DNA from: a virus
Lineage: Duplodnaviria; Caudoviricetes
Virus record (IMG/VR): IMGVR_UViG_3300044611_001018
Direction: 5' to 3' (one strand)
DNA length: 64,000 nucleotides
A model generated the notes under the pieces. The model searched no databases. It saw nothing but the letters and a program-made list of their open reading frames with translations, and had not been told where the DNA came from. The translations under genes were made by a program, and so were the position numbers. The number at the start of each line of letters is the position of its first letter. Position 1 is the first letter of the stretch. This document shows, one piece after another, positions 1-8,403 of this stretch.

Positions 1-1952
1 TGGTGAGGTTGAGTTGCTGTAAAGATATTAGAGGTAATACTATTAATACCAATTGCTGTTCTACCTACAGTAGATAATTTTGTAGCAGATACCTCATAAT
101 TACCAGTTCCCTGTGTCTCTGGCATTACAATTACAGATTCTTTGGTAACACCAATGTTACCAATATTAATAACAACTTTTAATTTGTCCTGATTTTTCGC
201 ACCAATTCGATATCCTTCTAATACTGATTTTGGTGGTATATTTCTATTGGTCTCATTATAAAGATAAAGTCTAGAAGTATTACCTACAGAAATTGTTTTC
301 TCAACGTCAATAGGAGCAAATTCAATAGTTATTTCATTATTATCAACTCTTTGTGGTGGTAAAATATGGGTAATATATCCAGTATCATCTCTTGGGAAAG
401 CGTCATTTCTGAATCCTCTACAAACAATTGCCTTTGCACCAAAGTTTGAGTTGGAGTTTGTAATCGAATGGTCTCCACCAGATTCTGCAACAAAGTGATT
501 TGCATATCCAATAGCAAACACAGAAACTAGTTGAAGGAATGCATCATTTGATGCTTTAATATGGAAGTTTTCGTATGCTGGTTTATATACTGCAGAAGAA
601 TTGGTATGAAGGTTTGAAACAGCAGTAGAATCTTCATAAACACCAGATACTGCATTATATTTTACAAATGCATTATCGTCTTTCTGTAGTCCAATACCAG
701 TGAACTGAGCAACCACCATGGATTTAAATCCATCAGCTTTGCTACCATCCGCATGAAGTCCACACATTCCATAAACGGAACGTAAAGAACAATTGAAGAT
801 ATATGGAGATGCAGAAGTAACACTGTCAACTACAATATTAAGAGTTGGAGCACCTGATACAATAGCAGGAAGAGGATTTACAGGTGCTGTAGAAACCTCA
901 TAAGTAACCCGAGTTGTAGATTCTACAGTTTTTACAACATAAGAACCATTGTATCCACCACTAGGAATACCTTCAATTCTAATCGGAGTATCTACATCCA
1001 ATCCATCAACAGATTCAACAAGATCTACTGTAATTTTCTTACTGGAAGTTACACCATCACCTGCTCTGATACTAGAAATTCCAATATTTTGACCTTTAGA
1101 ACCAACAATTCGGAATTCATCAATTTTTGATTGAACATCAATTGCAGCACTTGGATAATCAGGTGAAATAGATCTTCCACTAGAAGGACCATATACTAAA
1201 CCGATTTTTTCATAATAAATGTCAAGGTCGGTTCTAGTCGTATTGTAATTTAAATAAGTATCATTAAATTTTACAGGATTTACACCATCCGCATATTCAA
1301 AACAAGTTAGTTTATGGTGAGAGAAGTTGGGAACAAACTTTGATGTGCCATAATCTTTATATACATTTGAGTTTGGATCCGCATCAAAAAATGTAAACTG
1401 ATAAAAATAACAAGTACCAGTTACTCGAAATAAACAAGTTGAATCAACTGTATTGTCTTGAGGACTTGGAACAAACCTTGGACGAATCTTTGTTTTACGA
1501 AGATCCATACCAACGATTGATGTGCCACGAGGAATGATAACTCCACCATAAACGGAGTTCATTTTATAAAGATCATTCTCTGGAGAATCAATGTCAAAAT
1601 CAGAATTTAAAGTAAATTCTGTGAGGTCATTAGAAGATGCACCACTTCTAGTTAACCAATTATTACCAGAAATAGGAGCGTCATGTACAGGAATCCATCC
1701 TGGTCTATTGTCGATTACATGTTCGCCAGGATAAACAATGATAGTTGTTCTACTAAATCTATCATTATCAAATCCTTTTTGATATGAGAATCTTGCTGCC
1801 TCAATCAGTGCCCTTTGAATTGTTTTAAAAGGTCTAACTAATGAGTTACCTTGGTTTTCAATACTATCTGTAGAGTCTATACTGGAAGGATCGACGTATA
1901 GAATATCGCCTCTACTATTTTTCAGAAAATTATCTAAGCGACTAAGACCCAT
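1..1952 (-). CDS. Large virion structural/tail-fibre-like protein, 5' part only (runs off window start)
   Basis: ATG at 1952 reads MGLSRLDNFLKNSRGDILYVDPSSIDSTDSIENQGNSLVRPFKTIQRALIEAARFSY; frame appears open to position 1; the YVD..D..N.G.....FKT motif is typical of cyanomyophage fibre proteins. Missing from the ORF track because the stop lies outside the window. Confidence 0.75.
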   Translation of the reverse strand, partial: MGLSRLDNFLKNSRGDILYVDPSSIDSTDSIENQGNSLVRPFKTIQRALIEAARFSYQKGFDNDRFSRTTIIVYPGEHVIDNRPGWIPVHDAPISGNNWLTRSGASSNDLTEFTLNSDFDIDSPENDLYKMNSVYGGVIIPRGTSIVGMDLRKTKIRPRFVPSPQDNTVDSTCLFRVTGTCYFYQFTFFDADPNSNVYKDYGTSKFVPNFSHHKLTCFEYADGVNPVKFNDTYLNYNTTRTDLDIYYEKIGLVYGPSSGRSISPDYPSAAIDVQSKIDEFRIVGSKGQNIGISSIRAGDGVTSSKKITVDLVESVDGLDVDTPIRIEGIPSGGYNGSYVVKTVESTTRVTYEVSTAPVNPLPAIVSGAPTLNIVVDSVTSASPYIFNCSLRSVYGMCGLHADGSKADGFKSMVVAQFTGIGLQKDDNAFVKYNAVSGVYEDSTAVSNLHTNSSAVYKPAYENFHIKASNDAFLQLVSVFAIGYANHFVAESGGDHSITNSNSNFGAKAIVCRGFRNDAFPRDDTGYITHILPPQRVDNNEITIEFAPIDVEKTISVGNTSRLYLYNETNRNIPPKSVLEGYRIGAKNQDKLKVVINIGNIGVTKESVIVMPETQGTGNYEVSATKLSTVGRTAIGINSITSNIFTATQPH

Positions 1953-2016
1953 TTTATTACTCTAGGATGGCTACTATGATTTATTTATTCATAGTAAAAA
2001 CCATAAACAGAGGGTA

Positions 2017-2178
2017 TTATTTTGCTAACATATACTCAACAGTATTTGCAACATCGTTCATAGCATCACGTAAATCAGGTCTTTGACCAGATTCTTGTCT
2101 TAAAATAGGTCGGGAATCATCAACAAGGGTCCAACGCCATTGACCCATTTCTTTGCAGTGCCAAAGATTAATTTTCAT
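2017..2178 (-). CDS. Small hypothetical protein (53 aa), cyanophage type
   Basis: Hand translation MKINLWHCKEMGQWRWTLVDDSRPILRQESGQRPDLRDAMNDVANTVEYMLAK*; overlaps the 3' end of the upstream gene. Confidence 0.7.
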   Translation of the reverse strand: MKINLWHCKEMGQWRWTLVDDSRPILRQESGQRPDLRDAMNDVANTVEYMLAK

Positions 2179-3274
2179 ATGCAGGATTACTCCAATCGTT
2201 AGTAAAAGATCTAAGATATTCTATTTTTTCTAACATTTCTTGACTATCAAGAACAAATTCTTCATTAGCAAAATGAAGTTTGCAGTTGTGTTCTAATGCA
2301 AGATTCATTATATATGTTCTTCTGGATTTGTCATCAGGTAAAGAAAAAATACTAAACAAAATGATATGATCTAAATTTGTATGTTTTATAGAATACTCTA
2401 AAAATGAGTGATTTCTTCCTTCATTATCTCCAGTTTGATGTGGAAATTTATAACCCATCCTAGAACAATACTCCCTAACAGTTAATGTCTGAAAGTATAA
2501 ATCAATATGTTTGGTTTTAAATCCTTCATATTCTGCATAGGTTACCACATTTTCATGTGGTAAAATTTCAATCTTGCGAGACTGAATATCTGTATCATGC
2601 AATCTTCTAAAGTATGCCCCTGGCCATTTTCGATGAGGTTGTCCATCTCTTAGTAATAATCTTACATCAATACTCATTCTAGTTTTTCCAGTTCTATTTG
2701 GTACTCCACCATGAATATTTTCTTGAGTAAAAAGTAAAAATGTTCCAGGAGACATATTTACTGGATAACATTCTTGAGTACAAACCTCTTCTAGTTTTTC
2801 ATGAGACCATTTTTCTTTCTCAGACATACGAGTAATTTCTCTACTCTTATCAATTCCAATAATTTGGAGTGAATTTGTATCAAAAGTTTCTGTAAAAGGT
2901 AACCAAACAGTTCTTAATCCGAGACCATTACCAACCCATCTACCTTGATGGAATGGAAGAACAGTCCCATTCTTATCTTGATTGGGAATTGTTGCCCTAA
3001 TATTACCAAATTTTTGTATAAGAATATCAGTATTTAACTGCGGAACAACATATTCTTCTACCATCCTATCAAATAAAATATAAAAATCAGTATCAACAAG
3101 ATCTTTAGTTAAATGTTTTACTAGTTCTCCAATAGAATTTGAAGATACATGTTCATGGAGATATTGAAGATCTTTTACTTCTGGGTAATATTTTTGAACT
3201 AGAGATAACAAAATATCCCCAAAAGGATATTTGTTCATATCATATTGATTGTGAGTAGCGTCAAATATAAGCAT
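2168..3274 (-). CDS. Fe(II)/2-oxoglutarate oxygenase (PhyH/StrG-like) with an HQG metal motif (halogenase-like), fused to a C-terminal domain resembling the LIC12192 'sporadic carbohydrate cluster' family
   Basis: PFHQG...VWLP...NIHGG...RMSIDVR double-stranded beta-helix motifs; C-terminal VREYC...IILFSIFSLPDD...LHFANE segment. Confidence 0.65.
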   Translation of the reverse strand: MLIFDATHNQYDMNKYPFGDILLSLVQKYYPEVKDLQYLHEHVSSNSIGELVKHLTKDLVDTDFYILFDRMVEEYVVPQLNTDILIQKFGNIRATIPNQDKNGTVLPFHQGRWVGNGLGLRTVWLPFTETFDTNSLQIIGIDKSREITRMSEKEKWSHEKLEEVCTQECYPVNMSPGTFLLFTQENIHGGVPNRTGKTRMSIDVRLLLRDGQPHRKWPGAYFRRLHDTDIQSRKIEILPHENVVTYAEYEGFKTKHIDLYFQTLTVREYCSRMGYKFPHQTGDNEGRNHSFLEYSIKHTNLDHIILFSIFSLPDDKSRRTYIMNLALEHNCKLHFANEEFVLDSQEMLEKIEYLRSFTNDWSNPAYEN

Positions 3275-3290
3275 ATCTATTCTTAGTCTA

Positions 3291-3362
3291 AGCCCCCGAC
3301 TGGATTTGAACCAGCGACCAACGGTTTACAAAACCGTTGCTCTACCACTGAGCTACAAGGGC
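3291..3362 (-). tRNA. trnT: tRNA-Thr(UGU)
   Basis: GCCCTTG/CGGGGGC acceptor stem, D-arm AGCTCAGTGGTAGAGC, anticodon loop TTTGTAA, T-loop GGTTCAAATCC; no encoded CCA. Confidence 0.95.
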
Positions 3363-3363
3363 A

Positions 3364-3651
3364 TTAATAATCATCTAGTTCTGCTAAAACCTCAGGATTT
3401 TCTAAATCCATTTCAAAAAAACACGGATGTGCTTCTTCCATTATTAAGTATGCAGAAGCTCTGAATAAATCTTCTGCAGTATATGTAAGGTTATTATTAG
3501 CTTCAATAATAGTAGATGGGTCTGCTTCTTCCTCTTCGGTTAAATCATCCCAAGTGAACGGTATAGAATTAACAAAGTACATCATAACAACGTTCTTTAT
3601 ATTTATTTCTGGAGAATGCCAGCAATAAGCTTTGGTGATTCTAAGCTTCAT
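3364..3651 (-). CDS. Hypothetical protein, cyanophage type
   Basis: 95-aa ORF between two tRNAs, acidic C-terminus. Confidence 0.7.
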   Translation of the reverse strand: MKLRITKAYCWHSPEINIKNVVMMYFVNSIPFTWDDLTEEEEADPSTIIEANNNLTYTAEDLFRASAYLIMEEAHPCFFEMDLENPEVLAELDDY

Positions 3652-3726
3652 TCTCTACACCGTTTCTTTATATTTAGTTTAAGGAAGGCGGAGAGTTATA
3701 CTCAATCCCTTTAATATTCCTTCCAG

Positions 3727-3809
3727 TAGGAGCGGGGGGACTTGAACCCCCACAGGCAATGCCCGACAGATTTTAAGTCTGGTGTGTCTACCGATTCCAC
3801 CACGCTCCC
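3727..3809 (-). tRNA. trnL: tRNA-Leu(UAA)
   Basis: GGGAGCG/CGCTCCT acceptor stem, GGAATCGGTAGACAC D-arm, CTTAAAA anticodon loop, variable arm, GGTTCAAGTCC T-loop; no intron. Confidence 0.95.
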
Positions 3810-3817
3810 ATAAGAAC

Positions 3818-4021
3818 TTACACCTTGTAAGTGGGTGGATGATACTTCAAATATTCCCTAAAAGTCATTTTCATTTCTTTTTGGGTCATACCACAGTGTT
3901 TTGCTGCAGCAGGAAGTGTCATCGTACAATTGAAGAGACCTTTGTTTGCTTCCTTGACATTCTCTGGAGTTGTCTTTACAGGCATTTCAAATAGGTCAAT
4001 ATAAAGTGGTTTTGTTTTCAT
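3818..4021 (-). CDS. Small hypothetical protein with an HTH-like segment
   Basis: MTLPAAAKHCGMTQKEMKMTFREY; lies between tRNAs. Confidence 0.65.
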   Translation of the reverse strand: MKTKPLYIDLFEMPVKTTPENVKEANKGLFNCTMTLPAAAKHCGMTQKEMKMTFREYLKYHPPTYKV

Positions 4022-4055
4022 AAGTATTAAGTTTGTAAATCCCCAATTAAGGGGA

Positions 4056-4126
4056 AGCGAATGACGGGGATCGAACCCGTGACACCAACTTGGAAGGATG
4101 GGATGTTACCGCTACACCACATTCGC
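4056..4126 (-). tRNA. trnG: tRNA-Gly(UCC)
   Basis: GCGAATG/CATTCGC acceptor stem, CTTCCAA anticodon loop, GGTTCGATCC T-loop; one U-U mismatch in the anticodon stem. Confidence 0.9.
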
Positions 4127-4188
4127 AGATGTAATCATTAAGAGATCTAAACTGAGATTTGGGCGACCCCTCAACTGATTACCCTTAT

Positions 4189-4217
4189 ATTATAGGGCAT
4201 TGGTTCTGAGGTGTCAA
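4189..4217 (-). promoter_or_regulatory. Consensus sigma70-type promoter upstream of the tRNA cluster
   Basis: TTGACA (4217-4212), 17 nt, TATAAT (4194-4189). Confidence 0.85.
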
Positions 4218-4223
4218 CCCCCC

Positions 4224-4976
4224 CTACCAAGGTCCACCGTATGCTGGATCATTGGCATAACCAAGAGCCTCATTGAGTTCGGTTAATCTTTCAATATTTT
4301 CTTGCAGTTGCCTGTTAAGACCCCAAACTTGCAATTCATATTCTCCTTTTATCTTTTGTGTTGCTGTAGCAATACTATTCTGAGAAGACACTGTACCAAT
4401 TCCAGAATTATATTGAGATATAAGAGAACTTACATCTACTGCAGGACCAATAATATCAAACACCTTTCCTAACTCAGATCCACCATTTTGAAATAGTCTT
4501 GTGCTTACACCAAGTCCAACATTAGAAGATGTAACAGTGACATATCCCTCTCCATTAAATGGATAGTCGGACCCATAATTTCCTCCAGAAATTTTTGGGT
4601 AATCATAAGATTTAAGAACATCTGCTGTAATTGTCCCATATGCAATAATTACAGACCCCAATCCAACAATACCTAAAGATGAAGCAGTAGCAGTTCCTAC
4701 TCCAGATACAACACTTCCATATTGAGAGCTAATATTTGCCGTACTAGAACCATATCTTGTCGTTAATAAACCAGTATTCCCACCAATAGCAACAATTTGG
4801 ACTTTAATTGCATTTGCAGCATTTACAGTATTTAAACTTTGCTGAGCAGCATTTGCAGATGGTCCATTAAAAGCATCTCTTAAAGAAGAGGCAATAGAAA
4901 TTCTTTGTGGCAATATTTGATTTTGCCTTAAAAGAGTTTCCTTATCTTCTTGTAATTTAGTTACAACAATTCCCAT
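4224..4976 (-). CDS. Putative virion protein (G/S/T-rich core, coiled-coil ends)
   Basis: 250-aa ORF; composition like neighbouring structural genes. Confidence 0.6.
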   Translation of the reverse strand: MGIVVTKLQEDKETLLRQNQILPQRISIASSLRDAFNGPSANAAQQSLNTVNAANAIKVQIVAIGGNTGLLTTRYGSSTANISSQYGSVVSGVGTATASSLGIVGLGSVIIAYGTITADVLKSYDYPKISGGNYGSDYPFNGEGYVTVTSSNVGLGVSTRLFQNGGSELGKVFDIIGPAVDVSSLISQYNSGIGTVSSQNSIATATQKIKGEYELQVWGLNRQLQENIERLTELNEALGYANDPAYGGPW

Positions 4977-5006
4977 AAATCATTATATGTATTTTCTATA
5001 TTTATT

Positions 5007-5747
5007 GTGAAAGTTGCTCTATTATTAACTGGATATATGAGGAATTGGGAGAACCACTTCCAAAACATAAAAACCAATATTATTGACAAATATTCAACTG
5101 ATGTATACATCAGTTCTTACAGTTATTCTGAACTTTACATGGGTTCTGATATAGTTCAGATAGATGTAGATGACATAATAAAGAAATATAATCCAAAAAA
5201 TTATTTGTTTAGAGATAAAGAAACTCTTCCAGAATTTAAATTCAAATCAAATGGATTAGAGATAAATGGAAGAGAATGGTCATATAGAATATTAAGACAA
5301 TGGTATACAAATTATCTGGGATTACGAATATTTGATCCTAGAGAATATAATATTGTAATTAAATGCAGAGCAGACTTCTCTATAAAAAACTTTCACCTTC
5401 AAACAAATAAAGACTTGGTTTTGCCTGTGTGGAAGGTTCATCCAGGTCCATGCAATCCAGAAGATTCATATGTGGATTACTTTGCACATGGAAATGGATA
5501 TTGGATGAAAAAATATCTTAAATTGTATGAAAAAACAAAAGAGATGCATGATAATGATTGGGGTGATGTCTCCTTGGGAGAAACCCTAATCAAATCATAC
5601 ATCGATAGGTATATTGGTTCTGAACATATCACATTAGATTATGATATGGATTGGAAGATGAGAGATGAACCTTGGATGTCTGAGGTCCAGAACATTTATA
5701 AAAAACACGACCCTCTCAAAGTTGTAACCATTGAGAAGGATGTGTAG
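5007..5747 (+). CDS. Hypothetical glycosyltransferase-like protein (KVALLLTGYMR...VIKCRADF type)
   Basis: 246-aa ORF with GTG start; N-terminal beta-strand plus G.xR and later RxD motifs of a kind seen in glycan-locus proteins. Confidence 0.5.
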   Translation: MKVALLLTGYMRNWENHFQNIKTNIIDKYSTDVYISSYSYSELYMGSDIVQIDVDDIIKKYNPKNYLFRDKETLPEFKFKSNGLEINGREWSYRILRQWYTNYLGLRIFDPREYNIVIKCRADFSIKNFHLQTNKDLVLPVWKVHPGPCNPEDSYVDYFAHGNGYWMKKYLKLYEKTKEMHDNDWGDVSLGETLIKSYIDRYIGSEHITLDYDMDWKMRDEPWMSEVQNIYKKHDPLKVVTIEKDV

Positions 5748-6390
5748 AACCCTGATGGTAATCTGGATTTTGTGGTTTTAAAGTAACACGAATATCACCA
5801 GGAATCACAAGACGTTCACCCTTTCTCTCAGTAAACTTTTGAGTAAAGTGCCCAATTTTACTTGGAAAAATTACTACACTACCCTCGATAGGGGTAATAC
5901 TATAAACATTACAATTATAACGATTATATCCAGTGATTAAATTCTTTTGTAGTGCCTCAGTGAACATATCACCAACACATTCATTAGGATTTTTTTCTTG
6001 TGCTACGCAAAATTTATCAGAAGTCTCATCAGTTTTAACATAATAAACAAAACTCAAATCTGATGCATTATGATTATGGGGTTTAATTGATGGTGTATCA
6101 TCATCTTTATGGTATCCAACCCAAGACTTGATGATATGATAATCAAGTTTTGAATAGTCCACATTAAGATATCCAAAATAATTATCTACATGACTGCGAA
6201 GTTCTTCAAAAAATGGACGATAAATCTCATTTTGGTGTGCAAAAATCCTACCAGAATACTCTGGACTTTCGTTTTGATAACCATCAAACCAATAATCACG
6301 AAGTTCTTCCAAGTAAATCTTAATTTTATCCTGGGACTCCACCATTCCCTGATAAACAATCAGAGGGAATGCTTCATGTACTCGGTGCAT
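5716..6390 (-). CDS. Fe/2OG oxygenase, TIGR02466-like
   Basis: IIKSW...PHNH...SFVYYV...EGSVVIFPS..GH...R..I motifs. Confidence 0.75.
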   Translation of the reverse strand: MHRVHEAFPLIVYQGMVESQDKIKIYLEELRDYWFDGYQNESPEYSGRIFAHQNEIYRPFFEELRSHVDNYFGYLNVDYSKLDYHIIKSWVGYHKDDDTPSIKPHNHNASDLSFVYYVKTDETSDKFCVAQEKNPNECVGDMFTEALQKNLITGYNRYNCNVYSITPIEGSVVIFPSKIGHFTQKFTERKGERLVIPGDIRVTLKPQNPDYHQGSTHPSQWLQL

Positions 6391-7043
6391 TACTTACCGT
6401 TAATATTGTACTCTCTATTATCACCTGGATAGTCTGCTGGTGTCAAGCCACGATACTCAGAAATATTTTTGGTGGTGTCAATCCGTTCACCAAAAACAAC
6501 ATAATCACAATTAATAGCAGTTCCTGCATTATTCTTAACGTATATTCTATCTCCCCATTCAATCCTATCAACAAACAATTCTTGCCAGTGTCCATTAGGA
6601 GTTAAATTGATAACTAAAGTTTCCATATCAACAAAATCTTTCCAATAATCTGGCAATTGGATGTAAGACTCATTGACAAGTTTACCTTTTAAATAAACAT
6701 CTGCAGTAGGACCTTCAAGACAAATATATCTGAGACGATGGTCTTGTTTAGTTGGATGTTGAATATCAAAAGATTTCTTAGCATCCCAAACAGCAGCTTT
6801 TGCATTTAAAGACCCGACAGATGCTGTTTTAACGTCTTGTCCCTGAACAAGAGCATCTGCTTTTAGGTTACCAACTTTAACATTATAATGTATCCAAGGG
6901 GTACATGCTTCTACTGGATAATCTGGGTCACCAGTTGTTGACTTCAAAATATAATCATATTTTGAAGAAAATGGTCCTGTAATACCCTCGTCTTTACAAT
7001 TTGATTTATTCGTATTCTTTAAAATAAACTTTTCATCTGCCAT
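6390..7043 (-). CDS. Baseplate-spike-associated protein, paralogue B
   Basis: KSFDIQHPTK..HRLRYICLEGP..DVY.KG....LPDYW domain shared with 7046-7816. Confidence 0.6.
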   Translation of the reverse strand: MADEKFILKNTNKSNCKDEGITGPFSSKYDYILKSTTGDPDYPVEACTPWIHYNVKVGNLKADALVQGQDVKTASVGSLNAKAAVWDAKKSFDIQHPTKQDHRLRYICLEGPTADVYLKGKLVNESYIQLPDYWKDFVDMETLVINLTPNGHWQELFVDRIEWGDRIYVKNNAGTAINCDYVVFGERIDTTKNISEYRGLTPADYPGDNREYNINGK

Positions 7044-7045
7044 AA

Positions 7046-7816
7046 TTACCTCTTCGTATCATAGTGATATCCAGATACAGAATACTCATCATTATTACCA
7101 GGATAATCTGCAGGAGTTTGACCTTGATATTCTGGTATCAATCTCTCACCATCTTTGCGTTCACCAAAAACATGATAATGACAATCAATTGGTTTTGCAG
7201 CGTGAAGATATATTTTATTATCTTCTATCTTCTGAACAATAATACTTTGATGAGATCCAACTGGAGTAATAGAAACTGTAATTGAATCAACATCTACCAA
7301 TTCTCTCCAATAATCTGGAAGATCAATTATATTTAAATTCTTTAATTTACCTCTTATGTATACATCATTAGATGGGCCTTCTGGGCAAGTGTGGCGAAGT
7401 CTCCATCCATCTTTTGTAGGATGAGGGATATCAAAATTCTTTTTAGCGGAAAGAATATGTCCACCACAACGAGACATAACCTCACCTTGAGTAATTAAAT
7501 TGCCACCAACATTTACATTAGCGTTTGTATCAACAACGCCTAAAAATGCAGTTGATCCAGTAACAGCAAGAGAATATGGATTATTAATTCCTGTACACAA
7601 TGCCCCAGGTATTAATGGTGGTTTAAACAAATCAGAATTATTGCATTTTCCAATCATTACTGTAGCAGTAAGGAATGATGGAATTGCGCCAAAAACAGAA
7701 GGACCTTCCATAAATGAACCACCTCTAATTTGAAGCGGTCCTTTACCCAAAACAAGGGAAGGATCTCCTACACCAACATATAATGTTTTTTTAACTTCTA
7801 AATCAGGTACTTTCAT
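7046..7816 (-). CDS. Baseplate-spike-associated protein, paralogue A
   Basis: KNFDIPHPTKDGWRLRHTCPEGP..DVY.RG....LPDYW; follows the gp5 region. Confidence 0.6.
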   Translation of the reverse strand: MKVPDLEVKKTLYVGVGDPSLVLGKGPLQIRGGSFMEGPSVFGAIPSFLTATVMIGKCNNSDLFKPPLIPGALCTGINNPYSLAVTGSTAFLGVVDTNANVNVGGNLITQGEVMSRCGGHILSAKKNFDIPHPTKDGWRLRHTCPEGPSNDVYIRGKLKNLNIIDLPDYWRELVDVDSITVSITPVGSHQSIIVQKIEDNKIYLHAAKPIDCHYHVFGERKDGERLIPEYQGQTPADYPGNNDEYSVSGYHYDTKR

Positions 7817-8403
7817 TAAATAAATCCTCCACCTTTTTGTTGTTCCTCAAAATCAGATATACCTTTAGATTTTTTCAATGTTGTACAAGAATCTGCACAA
7901 TCAATCAATCCACCATAAAAGTTTAGTGTTCCATTACCAACTATTTCCATTACGCCAGAAGAAAGGAATTTTGCTACAGAATCTCCATTTACTTCTATAT
8001 TTTTTGATCTAATATTAATTTTTTCATTTGATTCAATATTAATATATCCACTTTTATTGCCACTACCATTAGCAATCATATCAATATTTTTAGCTTCAAA
8101 CCTAATTCTGCCTAAAGGAGCAGCAATAACAATATCACCATCAGAAGCTCTTAAAATAAAAGAAGTATTATCTACTGGTTTTTCACCACACATAATTTGA
8201 TAAACACCAGGACAACGATTAATCGTAGATCCCGTCATTTTTCCAGAAGACATAAACATCATATAATGTTCTGATGGTTGTCCAGGATGACCATTTCTCA
8301 ACATAACACCAGCATAGGTGTTATTCATATTAATATGACCTAGTTTTAAATGCCCGTAATTGCTTCCCAATTCTATTGGGTTATGAAGTTGTGGTTTTCC
8401 CAT
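7816..8403 (-). CDS. gp5 C-terminal/beta-helix spike-like protein
   Basis: Directly downstream of gp5; alternating beta-strand pattern (GDIVIAAPLGRIRFEAKNIDMIA). Confidence 0.55.
   Translation of the reverse strand: MGKPQLHNPIELGSNYGHLKLGHINMNNTYAGVMLRNGHPGQPSEHYMMFMSSGKMTGSTINRCPGVYQIMCGEKPVDNTSFILRASDGDIVIAAPLGRIRFEAKNIDMIANGSGNKSGYINIESNEKINIRSKNIEVNGDSVAKFLSSGVMEIVGNGTLNFYGGLIDCADSCTTLKKSKGISDFEEQQKGGGFI

Noticed and set aside
4041-4054. CCCC-AATTAA-GGGG hairpin after tRNA-Gly as a terminator
   Set aside because: Only a 4-bp stem with no clear U-tract; too weak to call.
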